Part shown: one piece after another, positions 26,070 to 35,858 of the stretch | How the letters are laid out: every line of letters begins with the position of its first letter | How positions within the stretch are numbered: position 1 is the stretch's first letter | Source: an uncultured Planctomycetaceae bacterium | Lineage (GTDB): Bacteria; Planctomycetota; Planctomycetia; Gemmatales; Gemmataceae | Assembly: GCA_903960945.1 (NCBI GenBank) | Contig: CAJCCR010000311.1 | Coordinates: 1-54,498 of the forward strand | Length of the DNA stretch: 54,498 nucleotides | Direction of reading: 5' to 3' | Notes under the pieces: generated by a model | Told to the model about the DNA's origin: nothing | Seen by the model: the letters and a program-made list of their open reading frames with translations, nothing else | Database searches by the model: none | Position numbers and translations under genes: made by a program

Positions 26070-26260
26070 TTAAAACTCCAGCTTTTAGGGTTGTATGGCA
26101 GTCTTTTTTAGTTTTATGGAAGCTTACGGGCCATGGGTATCTTACTTTTTGTGCATAAATGCAATTAGCATGGCTTCAACTGCCCAGTCTTGAATATACT
26201 TTCAAAAGTGCCGCGAAACTAACTAATAAGGGTATTGTTGTGGAAAATCAAGAAAACAGC

Positions 26261-26947
26261 ATGGAAAAAGAGCCGGTTACGGAGCTAGTATGGCCGGCCT
26301 TGGATATCCTAGAACGTAGAATTCTAGGTGTTTTAATTGAAAAAGCCAAAACAACTCCCGAGGCTTATCCCCTTTCGTTAAATGCATTGGTTAACGCCGC
26401 TAATCAAAAATCCAACCGTGATCCTATTATGAATTTGCAGGATTATCAGGTTGAATCTGGGATTCGCAATTGTATTGCCAAGGGTTTGATTTCGATGGTG
26501 CGGGGTGGCCGGGTCGAGCGCTGGCAGCATGAATTGTATTCAAAATGGAACCTAAGTAAGCGCGATATGTCCGTTCTAGGTGAGCTTTTGTTGCGAGGAC
26601 CGCAAACGGAAGGCTTGCTTCGCACTAGGGCAGGCAGAATGGAAACTTTCGATTCTCTTGAGGATTTACGCGAAGCATTGGATTCACTCGCAGCACGAAA
26701 ACTGATTTTTTGGGTCGATTCCAAGGGCGTTCGTGGCGCAAGAGTTACCCATGGGTTTCATTCTTCCGATGAAATAGCTAGAATTAGAAGTACTGCAATT
26801 CAGGTTATTGCTGATGATGAACCTTCTGCAACAACTAGGAGAAGCAGTGACGCAGCAGAATTGCGTGAGTTGGTTTCCGGTTTGCAAGAAGAAGTCAAAA
26901 GCCTTCGAGAAGAACTTGTTGCACTTAAGACTCAGCTTGGTGTTTGA
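26261..26947 (+). CDS. DUF480 (YceH-like) winged-helix protein
   Basis: RILGVLIEKAKTTPEAYPLSLNALVNAANQKSNRDP matches the YceH N-terminal pattern, and there is a C-terminal coiled coil (LRELVSGLQEEVKSLREELVALKTQL). The start is placed at ATG 26261. Confidence 0.75.
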   Translation: MEKEPVTELVWPALDILERRILGVLIEKAKTTPEAYPLSLNALVNAANQKSNRDPIMNLQDYQVESGIRNCIAKGLISMVRGGRVERWQHELYSKWNLSKRDMSVLGELLLRGPQTEGLLRTRAGRMETFDSLEDLREALDSLAARKLIFWVDSKGVRGARVTHGFHSSDEIARIRSTAIQVIADDEPSATTRRSSDAAELRELVSGLQEEVKSLREELVALKTQLGV

Positions 26948-26983
26948 TCAAAATTTTTAATAGTTTGAAAAGTGGAAAATAAG

Positions 26984-27742
26984 ATGAAAGAACCTGCAGA
27001 ACCAGTTGAAAAAGCCAAAAGATTAAACCAATACCTTGCCCACGCAGGTGTTGATTCTCGTAGGCATTGTGAAATTCTTATCCAACGCGGTAAGGTTAAG
27101 ATTGGTGGCGTTGTTGTGCGCGATCTTAGTGCTCGTGTTCGCCCAGGCGAAGTGGTTACCGTGGACGGGCAAGATCTTAACTCCGAGCAGCATGTATATT
27201 GGCTTCTTAACAAGCCACAGGGTTATCTTTGTACCAATCATGACCCTGCCCGAAGGCCCTTGGCGAAAGATCTTTTGCCCCATGTAAGTGAAAGAATTTT
27301 CACGGTGGGCAGGCTCGATGAAGATAGCGAAGGATTACTTCTTCTTACGAATGATGGGGAATTTGCTCAGAAGCTAATGCACCCTAAATTTGGAGTCGAG
27401 AAGACCTATCATGCACAGGTTGCGGGCCTTCCTAAAAATGAAGATATGCAACAGCTAGTAAAAGGGATTTGGTCAAGCGAGGGGAAACTTAAAGCGAAAA
27501 AGGTTCGTATCTTGAAAAGGCAGGGCGAAAGCTCTTGGCTTGAAATCACGCTTTGCGAAGGAAAGAATCGCGAGATCAGAAGAATGCTTGCCAAGTTGGG
27601 CCATAAAGTTATCAGGCTGAAACGGGTATCTATTGGCTCTATCAGGCTAGATAGATTGCCTAAAGGAAAGGCCCGCAAATTGAAAACTTGGGAATTGAGC
27701 TCGCTAATTAAAATTGCAGAACAAGCTATTGTGCAGGAATGA
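26984..27742 (+). CDS. S4-domain pseudouridine synthase (RsuA/RluB family)
   Basis: S4 domain (RLNQYLAHAGVDSRRHCEILIQRGKVKIGG) and the catalytic VGRLDEDSEGLLLLTNDG motif. Confidence 0.88.
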   Translation: MKEPAEPVEKAKRLNQYLAHAGVDSRRHCEILIQRGKVKIGGVVVRDLSARVRPGEVVTVDGQDLNSEQHVYWLLNKPQGYLCTNHDPARRPLAKDLLPHVSERIFTVGRLDEDSEGLLLLTNDGEFAQKLMHPKFGVEKTYHAQVAGLPKNEDMQQLVKGIWSSEGKLKAKKVRILKRQGESSWLEITLCEGKNREIRRMLAKLGHKVIRLKRVSIGSIRLDRLPKGKARKLKTWELSSLIKIAEQAIVQE

Positions 27743-27746
27743 TTCC

Positions 27747-28568
27747 ATGTTTCAAGAAAATGCTAAAGTTGTTGATCATTACACGATTGCAAGCAAAACC
27801 CATCTGATAAAGCTGCATTGCCCTAAAATTGCTGCGATTATCAGACCAGGGCAATTTGTGATGATCAAACTTCCTGGCGGGAATGATCCTCTTTTAGGTA
27901 GGCCTTTCGCACTCTACGACACGACTCTTGATGATCAAGGCAAGCCCACAGGAATTGAAATCGTTTACCTTGAACTTGGGAAAATGACTTCTCTTCTGCC
28001 TGCTGTTGTTCCAGGCCAATCCATTGAAACGTGGGGCCCCCTAGGCAAGCCTTTTCCGATTTTTCCAGACAAAGATCATGTTGCTTTTATTGCAGGTGGC
28101 ATTGGGCAAACGCCTTTTCTGGCCTTTGGAAAACAATTGCTGGGTATCAAAGCTTATGGCGGAGATTCACTTAAAAAATCGTTGAATAAGGTCACCATGA
28201 TTTATGGTGTCCGCTCTGCACCTTTTCTTGCAGGTGTTGACCATTTTGAAAGTATTGGCTTGAATTTGTTTTGCGCAACTGATGATGGATCTCAAGGTTT
28301 TCATGGCAGAGTAACAGAATTACTTAAAACATTGCCCAAAGCAGAGCACTGGTATGGGTGTGGCCCTGAACCTATGCTGCATGCGCTTTGCAAACTTGCT
28401 TTGGAAGATAATACACCATGTCATGTTTCGCTTGAATCGCCCATGGCCTGTGGCTTGGGTATTTGTTTTAGTTGCGTTGTAAAAGTAAAAGCAGAAGGTG
28501 GTTGGGACTATAAAAGAATCTGTGTGGATGGCCCCGTTTTTAATGCAGAAACTTTAGTTCTTGAATAA
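27747..28568 (+). CDS. pyrK: PyrK-like FAD/[2Fe-2S] electron-transfer subunit (dihydroorotate dehydrogenase B type)
   Basis: RPFALYD flavin motif, IAGGIGQTP, and a C-terminal cluster motif (MACGLGICFSCVV...KRICVDGPVF). ATG 27747 lies 4 nt after the preceding stop. No pyrD is adjacent. Confidence 0.8.
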   Translation: MFQENAKVVDHYTIASKTHLIKLHCPKIAAIIRPGQFVMIKLPGGNDPLLGRPFALYDTTLDDQGKPTGIEIVYLELGKMTSLLPAVVPGQSIETWGPLGKPFPIFPDKDHVAFIAGGIGQTPFLAFGKQLLGIKAYGGDSLKKSLNKVTMIYGVRSAPFLAGVDHFESIGLNLFCATDDGSQGFHGRVTELLKTLPKAEHWYGCGPEPMLHALCKLALEDNTPCHVSLESPMACGLGICFSCVVKVKAEGGWDYKRICVDGPVFNAETLVLE

Positions 28569-28713
28569 TCCGCCTCTTTTTGTGCTTTGCTAATAATAAT
28601 AAAAATCTTGAAACAAAAGTTTATCGTTCACCGTCTTAATGGTAGACGTTATGATATAAATAGCTTTTGCTCTTGATATCAGGAAATGATTTCCTGTTTT
28701 TAAAGGTTTAAAA

Positions 28714-30879
28714 ATGTCTACCGCTATTAATGCCACATGCCCTGGGTGTAAAAAAGTTCTTAAGGTTCCTACCCAGTGGGTCAACCAAGTTATTCGCTGT
28801 AAATTTTGCAACATGGCTATGCAAATAAAGCCTAATATTCCGCAACCTCAATCCGGTGCAAAAGCAAATCCAACCCAGCAAGGTCCTCAATCTGCGGGTA
28901 ATGTTCCCCAAACACCTTCTGCAGCAGGTCGTAATGGCGTTCCACCTTTGCCCGCGGTTCCGCCAATACCTACGAGCCATGCGGGCGCCAAATCGGTAAC
29001 CAATCAATTTGGATTAACCGATGTAAATTACAATCCTTCGTATTCATCGAAGTATCGAAAAAAGAAAGTAAACTGGATTATTCCCGTGGTTGTCATGTTG
29101 TTTATGGGAATTCTAGGCGTTGTTCTGGTGATGGCATTGCCGTATCTCAAGGATAAATTAAAAGATAAAGACGGAGAAATGGCCGCCGTTAATGGAGACG
29201 GAAAATCTAAAGGCGGTGATAAAAATGACCCCGCTAAAGATGCAGAAAACGGTAAAGCTGCGGGGAAAAACAGAAAGAATAATCCTGCTGTTGGCGGTTC
29301 AAATGCACCCTTCCCCAGAAGGGCCTTGGTTGTAAGCATTCATAATTATCTTTATGCCAATCCAACCCAGTATGGTTTGATGGTGCAAGGTATGAAAAAT
29401 ATTCCAGCTATCACTAAATATCTAACAAACCAAATGAGGGTACCGCAAAACCAAATTATGCACCTCAGTGATGCTGCCAAAGATAATCCTGCTCCACCTA
29501 CGAAATCTGTGGTTGAAAGTACAATTACGGACTTTTTAAAATCATCCCGAAAACAGGACCATCTGATGTTGGTGTTTGTGGGGCATGCTATTGAGAATGA
29601 TGGCCAGGTTTACCTCGCACCTATTGAAGGTGACCTTACCGATCCCGCCAGCCTCATTCCCCTGGCATGGCTTTATAAAGAACTTGATAGTTGTGTTGCG
29701 CATCAGAAGATTTTGGTTCTAGATGTTTGCAGATTTAGCCCAACCATTGGTGTTGAACGACCAGGCGGCCAACCAATGAGCGCCAAAATGGAGGAAATCA
29801 TCAAGGTTGTTCCTGCAGGCCTTCAGGTTATTACTGCTTGTTCTGCCGAACAGCGTTCCATGGAAACAGATGGCGAGCCATTGGGGGTGTTTTTGGATGG
29901 TTTTGTTGATGCTTTGCAAAAAGGTGTTCAGGGGCAGATACAAAAGCATGGCGATAATATTCCGATTGATAAACTTTTTGAGGCCACTGTGAAAAATGTT
30001 GAAGTGCTTGCAGTGGAACAAAAATTTAAGCAAACTCCTAAAATGTATGGTGCGTTTAAAGATAATGGCGCTGAGTTTGATCCTGCAGAACCAATGCCCC
30101 CAAAGCTTGCAATTACGGGATTAAAGCCTGTTAATAAGGAAGGTCTTGCACTTGTTAAATCTGTGCTCGAAGAAATTGGGACACCCCCAGTAAAAGCTTC
30201 AGAAATAGATAATTCAATTCGTTTGGAATATCTACCCCCGATTGCGGATCAGATTATTAAGGAATATGCAAAAGTTGATGGTCCTGAAACGGACTTGCAA
30301 AAAAATGTTAAAAAAGCTCGGGTTGAACTTTGGGTTATTTCATCTTTGCCTGCTCCCGCTGATATTAAAATGGAAGTGGATGAAAAACGAAAAATCGCCA
30401 AAGTGAACTTAAATGTTCTCAAAGATGGTTACCGGGCACCAGCCAATGAACTTACCTTTAAGACGGGTATTGAAAATGACGAGAAAGATGTTGCTCGTAT
30501 GTTCGTGAACTTACAGGATGCTCTTGATGATTTAAAGAAAAGTGAAGAAATGAAAGATGCTGAAAGCAAGCGTTGGCAGGCAAATTATGATTTTATACGA
30601 GCACGATTGGAAGCCCAAATCGCCTATCTCTACGAATACCAATCAATGCTTGGACAAATGCGTAAAGAACTCCCAGCAATGGATCCCAAAATTCATGGGG
30701 GCTGGAAATTAGCTGCAACAGCAAAACTGCAAGGGGATAGTGCAGGTAAAAAACTTGCAAAAGAATCTACCAAAACCATGGAATCATTGGTGAAGAGTGC
30801 CGCAGGCAGCCCTTGGGAAGTGCTAGCCAAGCGTGAGAAATTCACCACTTTAGGGCTTGAATGGCAGGCAGCAAAATAG
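28714..30879 (+). CDS. membrane-anchored Zn-ribbon / caspase-like (peptidase C14-type) protein with an uncharacterised C-terminal domain
   Basis: Four-Cys ribbon CPGC...CKFC (nt 28738-28809), a Pro/Gln-rich linker, and one TM (aa 120-143). A caspase-like core follows: LMLVFVGHAIENDGQVYLAPIEGD (His291, nt 29584-29586) and ILVLDVCRFSP (Cys339, nt 29728-29730). The last roughly 270 aa form a helical tail. Confidence 0.7.
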   Translation: MSTAINATCPGCKKVLKVPTQWVNQVIRCKFCNMAMQIKPNIPQPQSGAKANPTQQGPQSAGNVPQTPSAAGRNGVPPLPAVPPIPTSHAGAKSVTNQFGLTDVNYNPSYSSKYRKKKVNWIIPVVVMLFMGILGVVLVMALPYLKDKLKDKDGEMAAVNGDGKSKGGDKNDPAKDAENGKAAGKNRKNNPAVGGSNAPFPRRALVVSIHNYLYANPTQYGLMVQGMKNIPAITKYLTNQMRVPQNQIMHLSDAAKDNPAPPTKSVVESTITDFLKSSRKQDHLMLVFVGHAIENDGQVYLAPIEGDLTDPASLIPLAWLYKELDSCVAHQKILVLDVCRFSPTIGVERPGGQPMSAKMEEIIKVVPAGLQVITACSAEQRSMETDGEPLGVFLDGFVDALQKGVQGQIQKHGDNIPIDKLFEATVKNVEVLAVEQKFKQTPKMYGAFKDNGAEFDPAEPMPPKLAITGLKPVNKEGLALVKSVLEEIGTPPVKASEIDNSIRLEYLPPIADQIIKEYAKVDGPETDLQKNVKKARVELWVISSLPAPADIKMEVDEKRKIAKVNLNVLKDGYRAPANELTFKTGIENDEKDVARMFVNLQDALDDLKKSEEMKDAESKRWQANYDFIRARLEAQIAYLYEYQSMLGQMRKELPAMDPKIHGGWKLAATAKLQGDSAGKKLAKESTKTMESLVKSAAGSPWEVLAKREKFTTLGLEWQAAK

Positions 30880-30883
30880 TTCT

Positions 30884-33800
30884 TTAAACTGACTTATAAT
30901 CTTGGTTTAGCTCTGATCTTTCTGGGGTTTCCTGCCATCGTTTGATTGTGTCAAATGGAATTCTGTTTGGAGCGTTACCCACAATATCGGGTTCAACCCC
31001 TGCATAATAAAGAGGCCAAACATACAGGTTATTTGCAGATCGATCCCATCCGTCCGACCAATCTTGCCAAGTTAATGGTTGTCTGCCAAACAAAAGCCTT
31101 TCGAAATCAAGAGTTTCGAGGTTGCAGGAGTTTTCTGCCCGATTAATTTGGAGTTTTGGTTGGGTCTCACCACTATTAATTGGCACAAGAATAGTGCTTT
31201 GTTTTTCTGAAAAGAGTACAAGGTTTCCTCTATATATTTTCCAATCTGTGACCCAGCTTGGCAGGTTACTGCTGACCTGTTCTTTGGAAATTTCAATTCC
31301 AGCAAACTTGTACAATCCTGCAATTCCTAAACTTAGGCACCTGTTCTGCTGTTCGTTCAATGCTAGGGTTCCACCCGGTTTGGATACACTTCCCATGAGC
31401 ATTCCATCGATCAATTCCAGAGATATTTTGAAGGAAGCGTAACCGTTATCATCCATGCCCGTCATTTCTGCTTCGATGCGATTAATCCCAAGCGATATTT
31501 CTGAAACTCGCAGTGGCCTAACAAAAGATTTGTTGTTTTGCTGCATAGGAATAAGAAGATCCCGTTCAATAAAGCGCGCTAGTCTTTCCTTGATGGTTTG
31601 TAAATCAAGCCTTAGCGTTCTTGCTTTGCGCCAATCGCTTCTTGTCACTGCATCTTGTTCTGCTTTTCTTAGTTTCATGAAAAGCTTGGGGATGGTTCCG
31701 GAGTGAAAACCTAATTTTAGAAGCTGGGGAATAGTCTCGCCGTGCGTTCCTATTGCCATCGGGCGAAGTGATTGGGGCCTATTAGCTCGATAAAGCCCCC
31801 AGTTTTCTTTAGTTTCCCAGAAAAGAAACCCGAATAAATTGGGTGTTAGCCAAATGGTTGTACCGAAGAACAAATTTGAAAGTACATCGCCGATAAAAGG
31901 CGAAAAAAATTGGACGATTTCTGGAGTGAGCGGGATGATGATGGGGTAAGTGAATTTTGCTGCAACCGAAGAAATAGGGAATTTGATCGGGTTGATTCCT
32001 GGTTCAATTAAAACGACGGTATAAAAGCGCAGAAAAAATGCGACAGGCGACCAGAGTAATCCTAAAACCCCTCGTAGTGCCATCTGCCATGGTTTGGCAC
32101 GCCCCCTTAGCCTTAGCCAATCGTTGACCCATTGCAGGACAAACTCAAGCCCCTCGATGGTTTTCTTGAAACTTTGGACCATGATGGTGAAGAGGATAGA
32201 AATCAATCCATCTTGGATAAGCTTGCCTAAAGTGAGCATGCTCGAAATTGCAAATTCGGAAAGTAATCGTCCAGGCCTTGAGTTAAGTAGTAAGGTGAAC
32301 CCGATGAATAGAACAATTTCGCCTACGTGGTATGGGTAGGATTTAGGCAACCAGATGGCGATGGCTTCCGTGAATAAAAGGGGTTTGAGTATCAGAGAAT
32401 AAATTATTTGTACTGGCAGGCTTTTCCAGATTAATAAGAATGGATTCCATGTAAGAAGGGTTGAAGGGATTTTGTAAAAAATAAATTTGGCTGTTTTCCA
32501 GAAAATTAAAAGGCAATCAACTACAAAAGTTCTGAACGAATGACTGTTGATGACGGCAAAAAAGAATATACCAAGAGTTACAAAGGTTAGATTTCTAATT
32601 AAATCAGGAATACGATCGCCTGTAATTTTATCACAAATTAAATCTGCAGATTCGATTAGTAAAAAAGAGCCACCAAAGGGAAGCGTAAGGAATTTAGTTA
32701 TGGTTCTTCCCGTTGCGGTGCCGAAGTTTAAAGCGGTGGATTTTTCGAGCCAGCGGAGATAGAAATCGCTTCGTCTATACACGCCGTCTAACTGCGAAGA
32801 AAGATTTTCATCCAAGGTAAGAAGCGCATCACCCTTGAAAAATGATGCAGCATCTCTGATATCTTCAAGCTTAAGGTGATTTCTGGAAATCATATCGCGA
32901 AGCTCGGAGTAATTGAGATATCCCTGTTCGATAATGCGGTCGAGGAATTCTTCAACTAACCTTCTTCGGGCGATTTCGCCAAAGGCACCTTCACCTTTCA
33001 AGCCAACGGATTGCAAATTATTTTCAATGATTGGTCGAATTTCGTCTCGAAGCAGTTTCTCGTTTTGTTTCCATACTAATTGAAGAAGCGTTTCGAGTTT
33101 TTTGCGGTCTGCGAATGCAAGTCGGGTTGTGATAGCATTCAAACTGGCTTCTCTAAGCCTTTGGTGGATTTTTATTAGTCTTTGAAAACGGAGCGGGCGT
33201 TTCATTGGTTTTTTTCCCAACGATATCGCCCAGGTAAAAACATCGATCCGATATATTTCCTGCTCGTAATCTTCGCATGCACTTTGTAGTTCGGTAAGCA
33301 ACCGGGCTTCGACAGGGGAAGAACCCTGATCCGCTTTATCTAGCAGTGGAAGAAGCGCAGATTCCCAGTCTTGGAAATCGCTTGAGTTGAAATTTAGAGC
33401 AGCTTGAAGTCTTTTGACCAGTTTGCGGATTTCTTTGTGTGCTTTTTCGATGGTGCTCGAAGATAATTCCGCAGGGGCGACCCGATTTGCTTGAGTCCAT
33501 AATATTGCAGATACCGTAGCGTTATTTAGGGAGGATTCTTTCTCTGCCTGTTCAGAAAGCCTTTTAAAGTATTCGCTGGATTCTTCTGCATGAGTTTCTG
33601 GAGTAGGGTGAGGGTTTTGGGTTCCAGGTATTCGTGTTTCTTGAAAAATAATGTCTTCTGCAACATCATTTCTAATAATTGAAAGTAACGATTCATAGTC
33701 TTTGATGGATGGGAAATAGTTTGCTAACAAGTTTTCTGAAAAGCGATAGAGTTCTGCAAATGATGCTGCGAACGAAATATATTTGTCTGCGATATCTTGT

Positions 33801-34273
33801 TCAGGAAAAATCTTGTGTTCTTGTTCTAGCACCATTAACGCTTCAGAAAAAACGGTTCGACCTATAGTCTTGATTTTTTTTTCAACTGCGTCGTCAGATA
33901 GAAATCCATTTTCTTTGAGTTCGATGAATTTTAATTTGACCTCGGCGTGAAACAATCTTCGCCAGTACAGGGTGTTGCGTTCCTCAATATTGAACTTCCC
34001 TGGCATTTCTCCTTCAACTTTTGCAAGGAGTAATATCTTGCCAAATGGCAGTGACCCGATTTCTAATTCGAATTCAAGTTCCTTTGATAAAGAATTGATG
34101 GTTTCAAAATCTGTCCAAATAGAATCAATGCTGGAAAACTGGCTTGATATCAAGCCTAGGATTGCTGGAAGTTTGCGTTGGTGTAAAACAACTTTATCCA
34201 CGACTTTTCTTGGAACCAATACGAGTCGTGGTTCAATATTCTTTAATTCGATTTCGATAGTGTTTCGGTACAT
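30884..34273 (-). CDS. 1129-aa orphan polytopic membrane protein (helical N-domain, about 8-10 TM core, Trp-rich C-domain)
   Basis: Uninterrupted ORF from ATG 34273 with coding-like composition throughout. The hydrophobic core spans about aa 520-825 (nt 31799-32716). I recognise no motif from a known family. Confidence 0.75.
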   Translation of the reverse strand: MYRNTIEIELKNIEPRLVLVPRKVVDKVVLHQRKLPAILGLISSQFSSIDSIWTDFETINSLSKELEFELEIGSLPFGKILLLAKVEGEMPGKFNIEERNTLYWRRLFHAEVKLKFIELKENGFLSDDAVEKKIKTIGRTVFSEALMVLEQEHKIFPEQDIADKYISFAASFAELYRFSENLLANYFPSIKDYESLLSIIRNDVAEDIIFQETRIPGTQNPHPTPETHAEESSEYFKRLSEQAEKESSLNNATVSAILWTQANRVAPAELSSSTIEKAHKEIRKLVKRLQAALNFNSSDFQDWESALLPLLDKADQGSSPVEARLLTELQSACEDYEQEIYRIDVFTWAISLGKKPMKRPLRFQRLIKIHQRLREASLNAITTRLAFADRKKLETLLQLVWKQNEKLLRDEIRPIIENNLQSVGLKGEGAFGEIARRRLVEEFLDRIIEQGYLNYSELRDMISRNHLKLEDIRDAASFFKGDALLTLDENLSSQLDGVYRRSDFYLRWLEKSTALNFGTATGRTITKFLTLPFGGSFLLIESADLICDKITGDRIPDLIRNLTFVTLGIFFFAVINSHSFRTFVVDCLLIFWKTAKFIFYKIPSTLLTWNPFLLIWKSLPVQIIYSLILKPLLFTEAIAIWLPKSYPYHVGEIVLFIGFTLLLNSRPGRLLSEFAISSMLTLGKLIQDGLISILFTIMVQSFKKTIEGLEFVLQWVNDWLRLRGRAKPWQMALRGVLGLLWSPVAFFLRFYTVVLIEPGINPIKFPISSVAAKFTYPIIIPLTPEIVQFFSPFIGDVLSNLFFGTTIWLTPNLFGFLFWETKENWGLYRANRPQSLRPMAIGTHGETIPQLLKLGFHSGTIPKLFMKLRKAEQDAVTRSDWRKARTLRLDLQTIKERLARFIERDLLIPMQQNNKSFVRPLRVSEISLGINRIEAEMTGMDDNGYASFKISLELIDGMLMGSVSKPGGTLALNEQQNRCLSLGIAGLYKFAGIEISKEQVSSNLPSWVTDWKIYRGNLVLFSEKQSTILVPINSGETQPKLQINRAENSCNLETLDFERLLFGRQPLTWQDWSDGWDRSANNLYVWPLYYAGVEPDIVGNAPNRIPFDTIKRWQETPERSELNQDYKSV

Positions 34274-34426
34274 GGTTATCTACAATTAAAAATTTACCTA
34301 ATGCCAATATAAGAACAGGAATTCAAACGATTTTCGAGAATTCTTTTGAATATTTGTTTTAAAATTGATTTCTAAATTACAATAAGGTTGGGTTATAGGT
34401 TTAATCACTAAAATTACGGGTCATTT

Positions 34427-35845
34427 ATGAATATTTCAGAACTTCCCTCCAATTTAAAACAGCTTAAAGCTTCAGATTGGAAGTCAAAGCCAGTTAAGGA
34501 AGAAATAAGGTCTAATCTTCTTAAGGCGCTTAAAAATAATCTGCCTTTGTTTTCTGGGATCATTGGCTACGAAAATACTGTTTTGCCTTCTTTGCAAATC
34601 GCCCTTCTTGCAAGCCATGATATTCTTTTTCTAGGAGAAAAAGGCCAGGCGAAAAGTAGGCTCATGCGGGCTTTGATCCAATTCCTAGACGAATTTATTC
34701 CTTTTATTGATCACCCTTCCATCCCTGTTCATGAAGACCCATATCACCCAATTACCACCGTAGGCAAAAATTTTCTTGCCCAGCATTCTGATGATCAAGT
34801 TCCTATTGGGTGGTGGAAACGGGAAGATCGTTACGCAGAAAGGTTGGCCCCAGGTACAAAATTCGCTGATATTATTGGTGAAATCGATCCAGGCAAGTTG
34901 GTTTCTGGGGTAAGCATGGCAAATGAAGATGCATTGCATTTTGGGCTTATCCCGAGAATGCATCGTGGTATTTTTGCTATGAACGAAATTCCAGAATTAG
35001 ATGAATTGGTGCAGGTTGGTTTGTTTAATATTTTAGAGGAGCGCGATGTACAAATCCGCGGTTATCCCGTTAAATTTGATCTCGATATTTTTGTTCTTTT
35101 TTCCGCAAATCCTTCCACTTACAACCGCAGTGGTAAAGTGATTCCTCAATTAAAAGACCGTATAGGGTCTCTTATACAAACTCATTACCCCCTTGATAGG
35201 GATGGTGGGATTGAAATCATGGAGCAAGAATCAGGGAATGTAGAAGACAAAAATTTTCCTGTTGCTGTTCCTAGATTCATGAAGGAAATTGTTGAACAAA
35301 TCAGCAGGTCTGCACGAAAATCGAAGTTTATTGATCAGCAGTCCGGTGTAAGTGCCAGATTTTCAATTGCTAATTATAAAACCATGATCGCCAGTGCAAG
35401 GCGTAGAGGCGTTTGCCTTCAAGAAGCGTCTGCTGTTCCCAGAATAAGCGATCTATCACATCTTGCTTCATCCTCACTAGGGAAGTTGGAATTAGATTTG
35501 ATGGGTAGTCATCAAATGACAGAAAAGCAGATACTTGATTCGTTAATTGCTGATGCTGTAAAAATGGTTTTTCAGGAGTATGTAGATGCAGCAGGGTTAG
35601 AGGAGATATCACAAGTATTTGGTAAAGGTGTTAAGATAGAAGTAGGAGATATGCTTCCATCTTCGCATTATGCGGAAAGAATTAAAGTGATACCCAAGGC
35701 TTGGGAGAAGACCTTTGAAGTAAACCCAAGTGAAAATGATGCAGTGCGAGCGTCGTGCATTGAATTTGTATTAGCAGGTTTGCACGCATCGGACAAAATT
35801 TCCCGCTCTTCAAAACATGGCCGGATTAGTTACGAATTACGCTAA
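34427..35845 (+). CDS. ChlI/BchI-like AAA+ ATPase (orphan subfamily, VWA-partnered)
   Basis: [11 protein letters not shown]...[18 protein letters not shown] (Walker A, nt 34634-34657) and [14 protein letters not shown] (Walker-B-like, nt 34970-34987). This aligns by eye with the Mg-chelatase ChlI pattern. 472 aa. Confidence 0.78.
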   Translation: MNISELPSNLKQLKASDWKSKPVKEEIRSNLLKALKNNLPLFSGIIGYENTVLPSLQIALLASHDILFLGEKGQAKSRLMRALIQFLDEFIPFIDHPSIPVHEDPYHPITTVGKNFLAQHSDDQVPIGWWKREDRYAERLAPGTKFADIIGEIDPGKLVSGVSMANEDALHFGLIPRMHRGIFAMNEIPELDELVQVGLFNILEERDVQIRGYPVKFDLDIFVLFSANPSTYNRSGKVIPQLKDRIGSLIQTHYPLDRDGGIEIMEQESGNVEDKNFPVAVPRFMKEIVEQISRSARKSKFIDQQSGVSARFSIANYKTMIASARRRGVCLQEASAVPRISDLSHLASSSLGKLELDLMGSHQMTEKQILDSLIADAVKMVFQEYVDAAGLEEISQVFGKGVKIEVGDMLPSSHYAERIKVIPKAWEKTFEVNPSENDAVRASCIEFVLAGLHASDKISRSSKHGRISYELR

Positions 35846-35858
35846 TAGTGAGGGATTG

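Noticed and set aside
30877-30886. The 4-nt gap between the convergent caspase-like and orphan genes as evidence that they form a unit (antisense coupling)
   Set aside because: Equally tight convergent junctions occur at four unrelated gene pairs in this window. The spacing is therefore a genome-wide habit, not system-specific evidence.
34319-34351. Two GAATTC sites and a 7-bp inverted repeat (ATTCAAA…TTTGAAT) in the divergent spacer between the orphan gene and the AAA+ gene, considered as an operator
   Set aside because: The repeat is short, AT-rich and imperfect. It is expected by chance in an AT-rich spacer and cannot be supported without conservation data.
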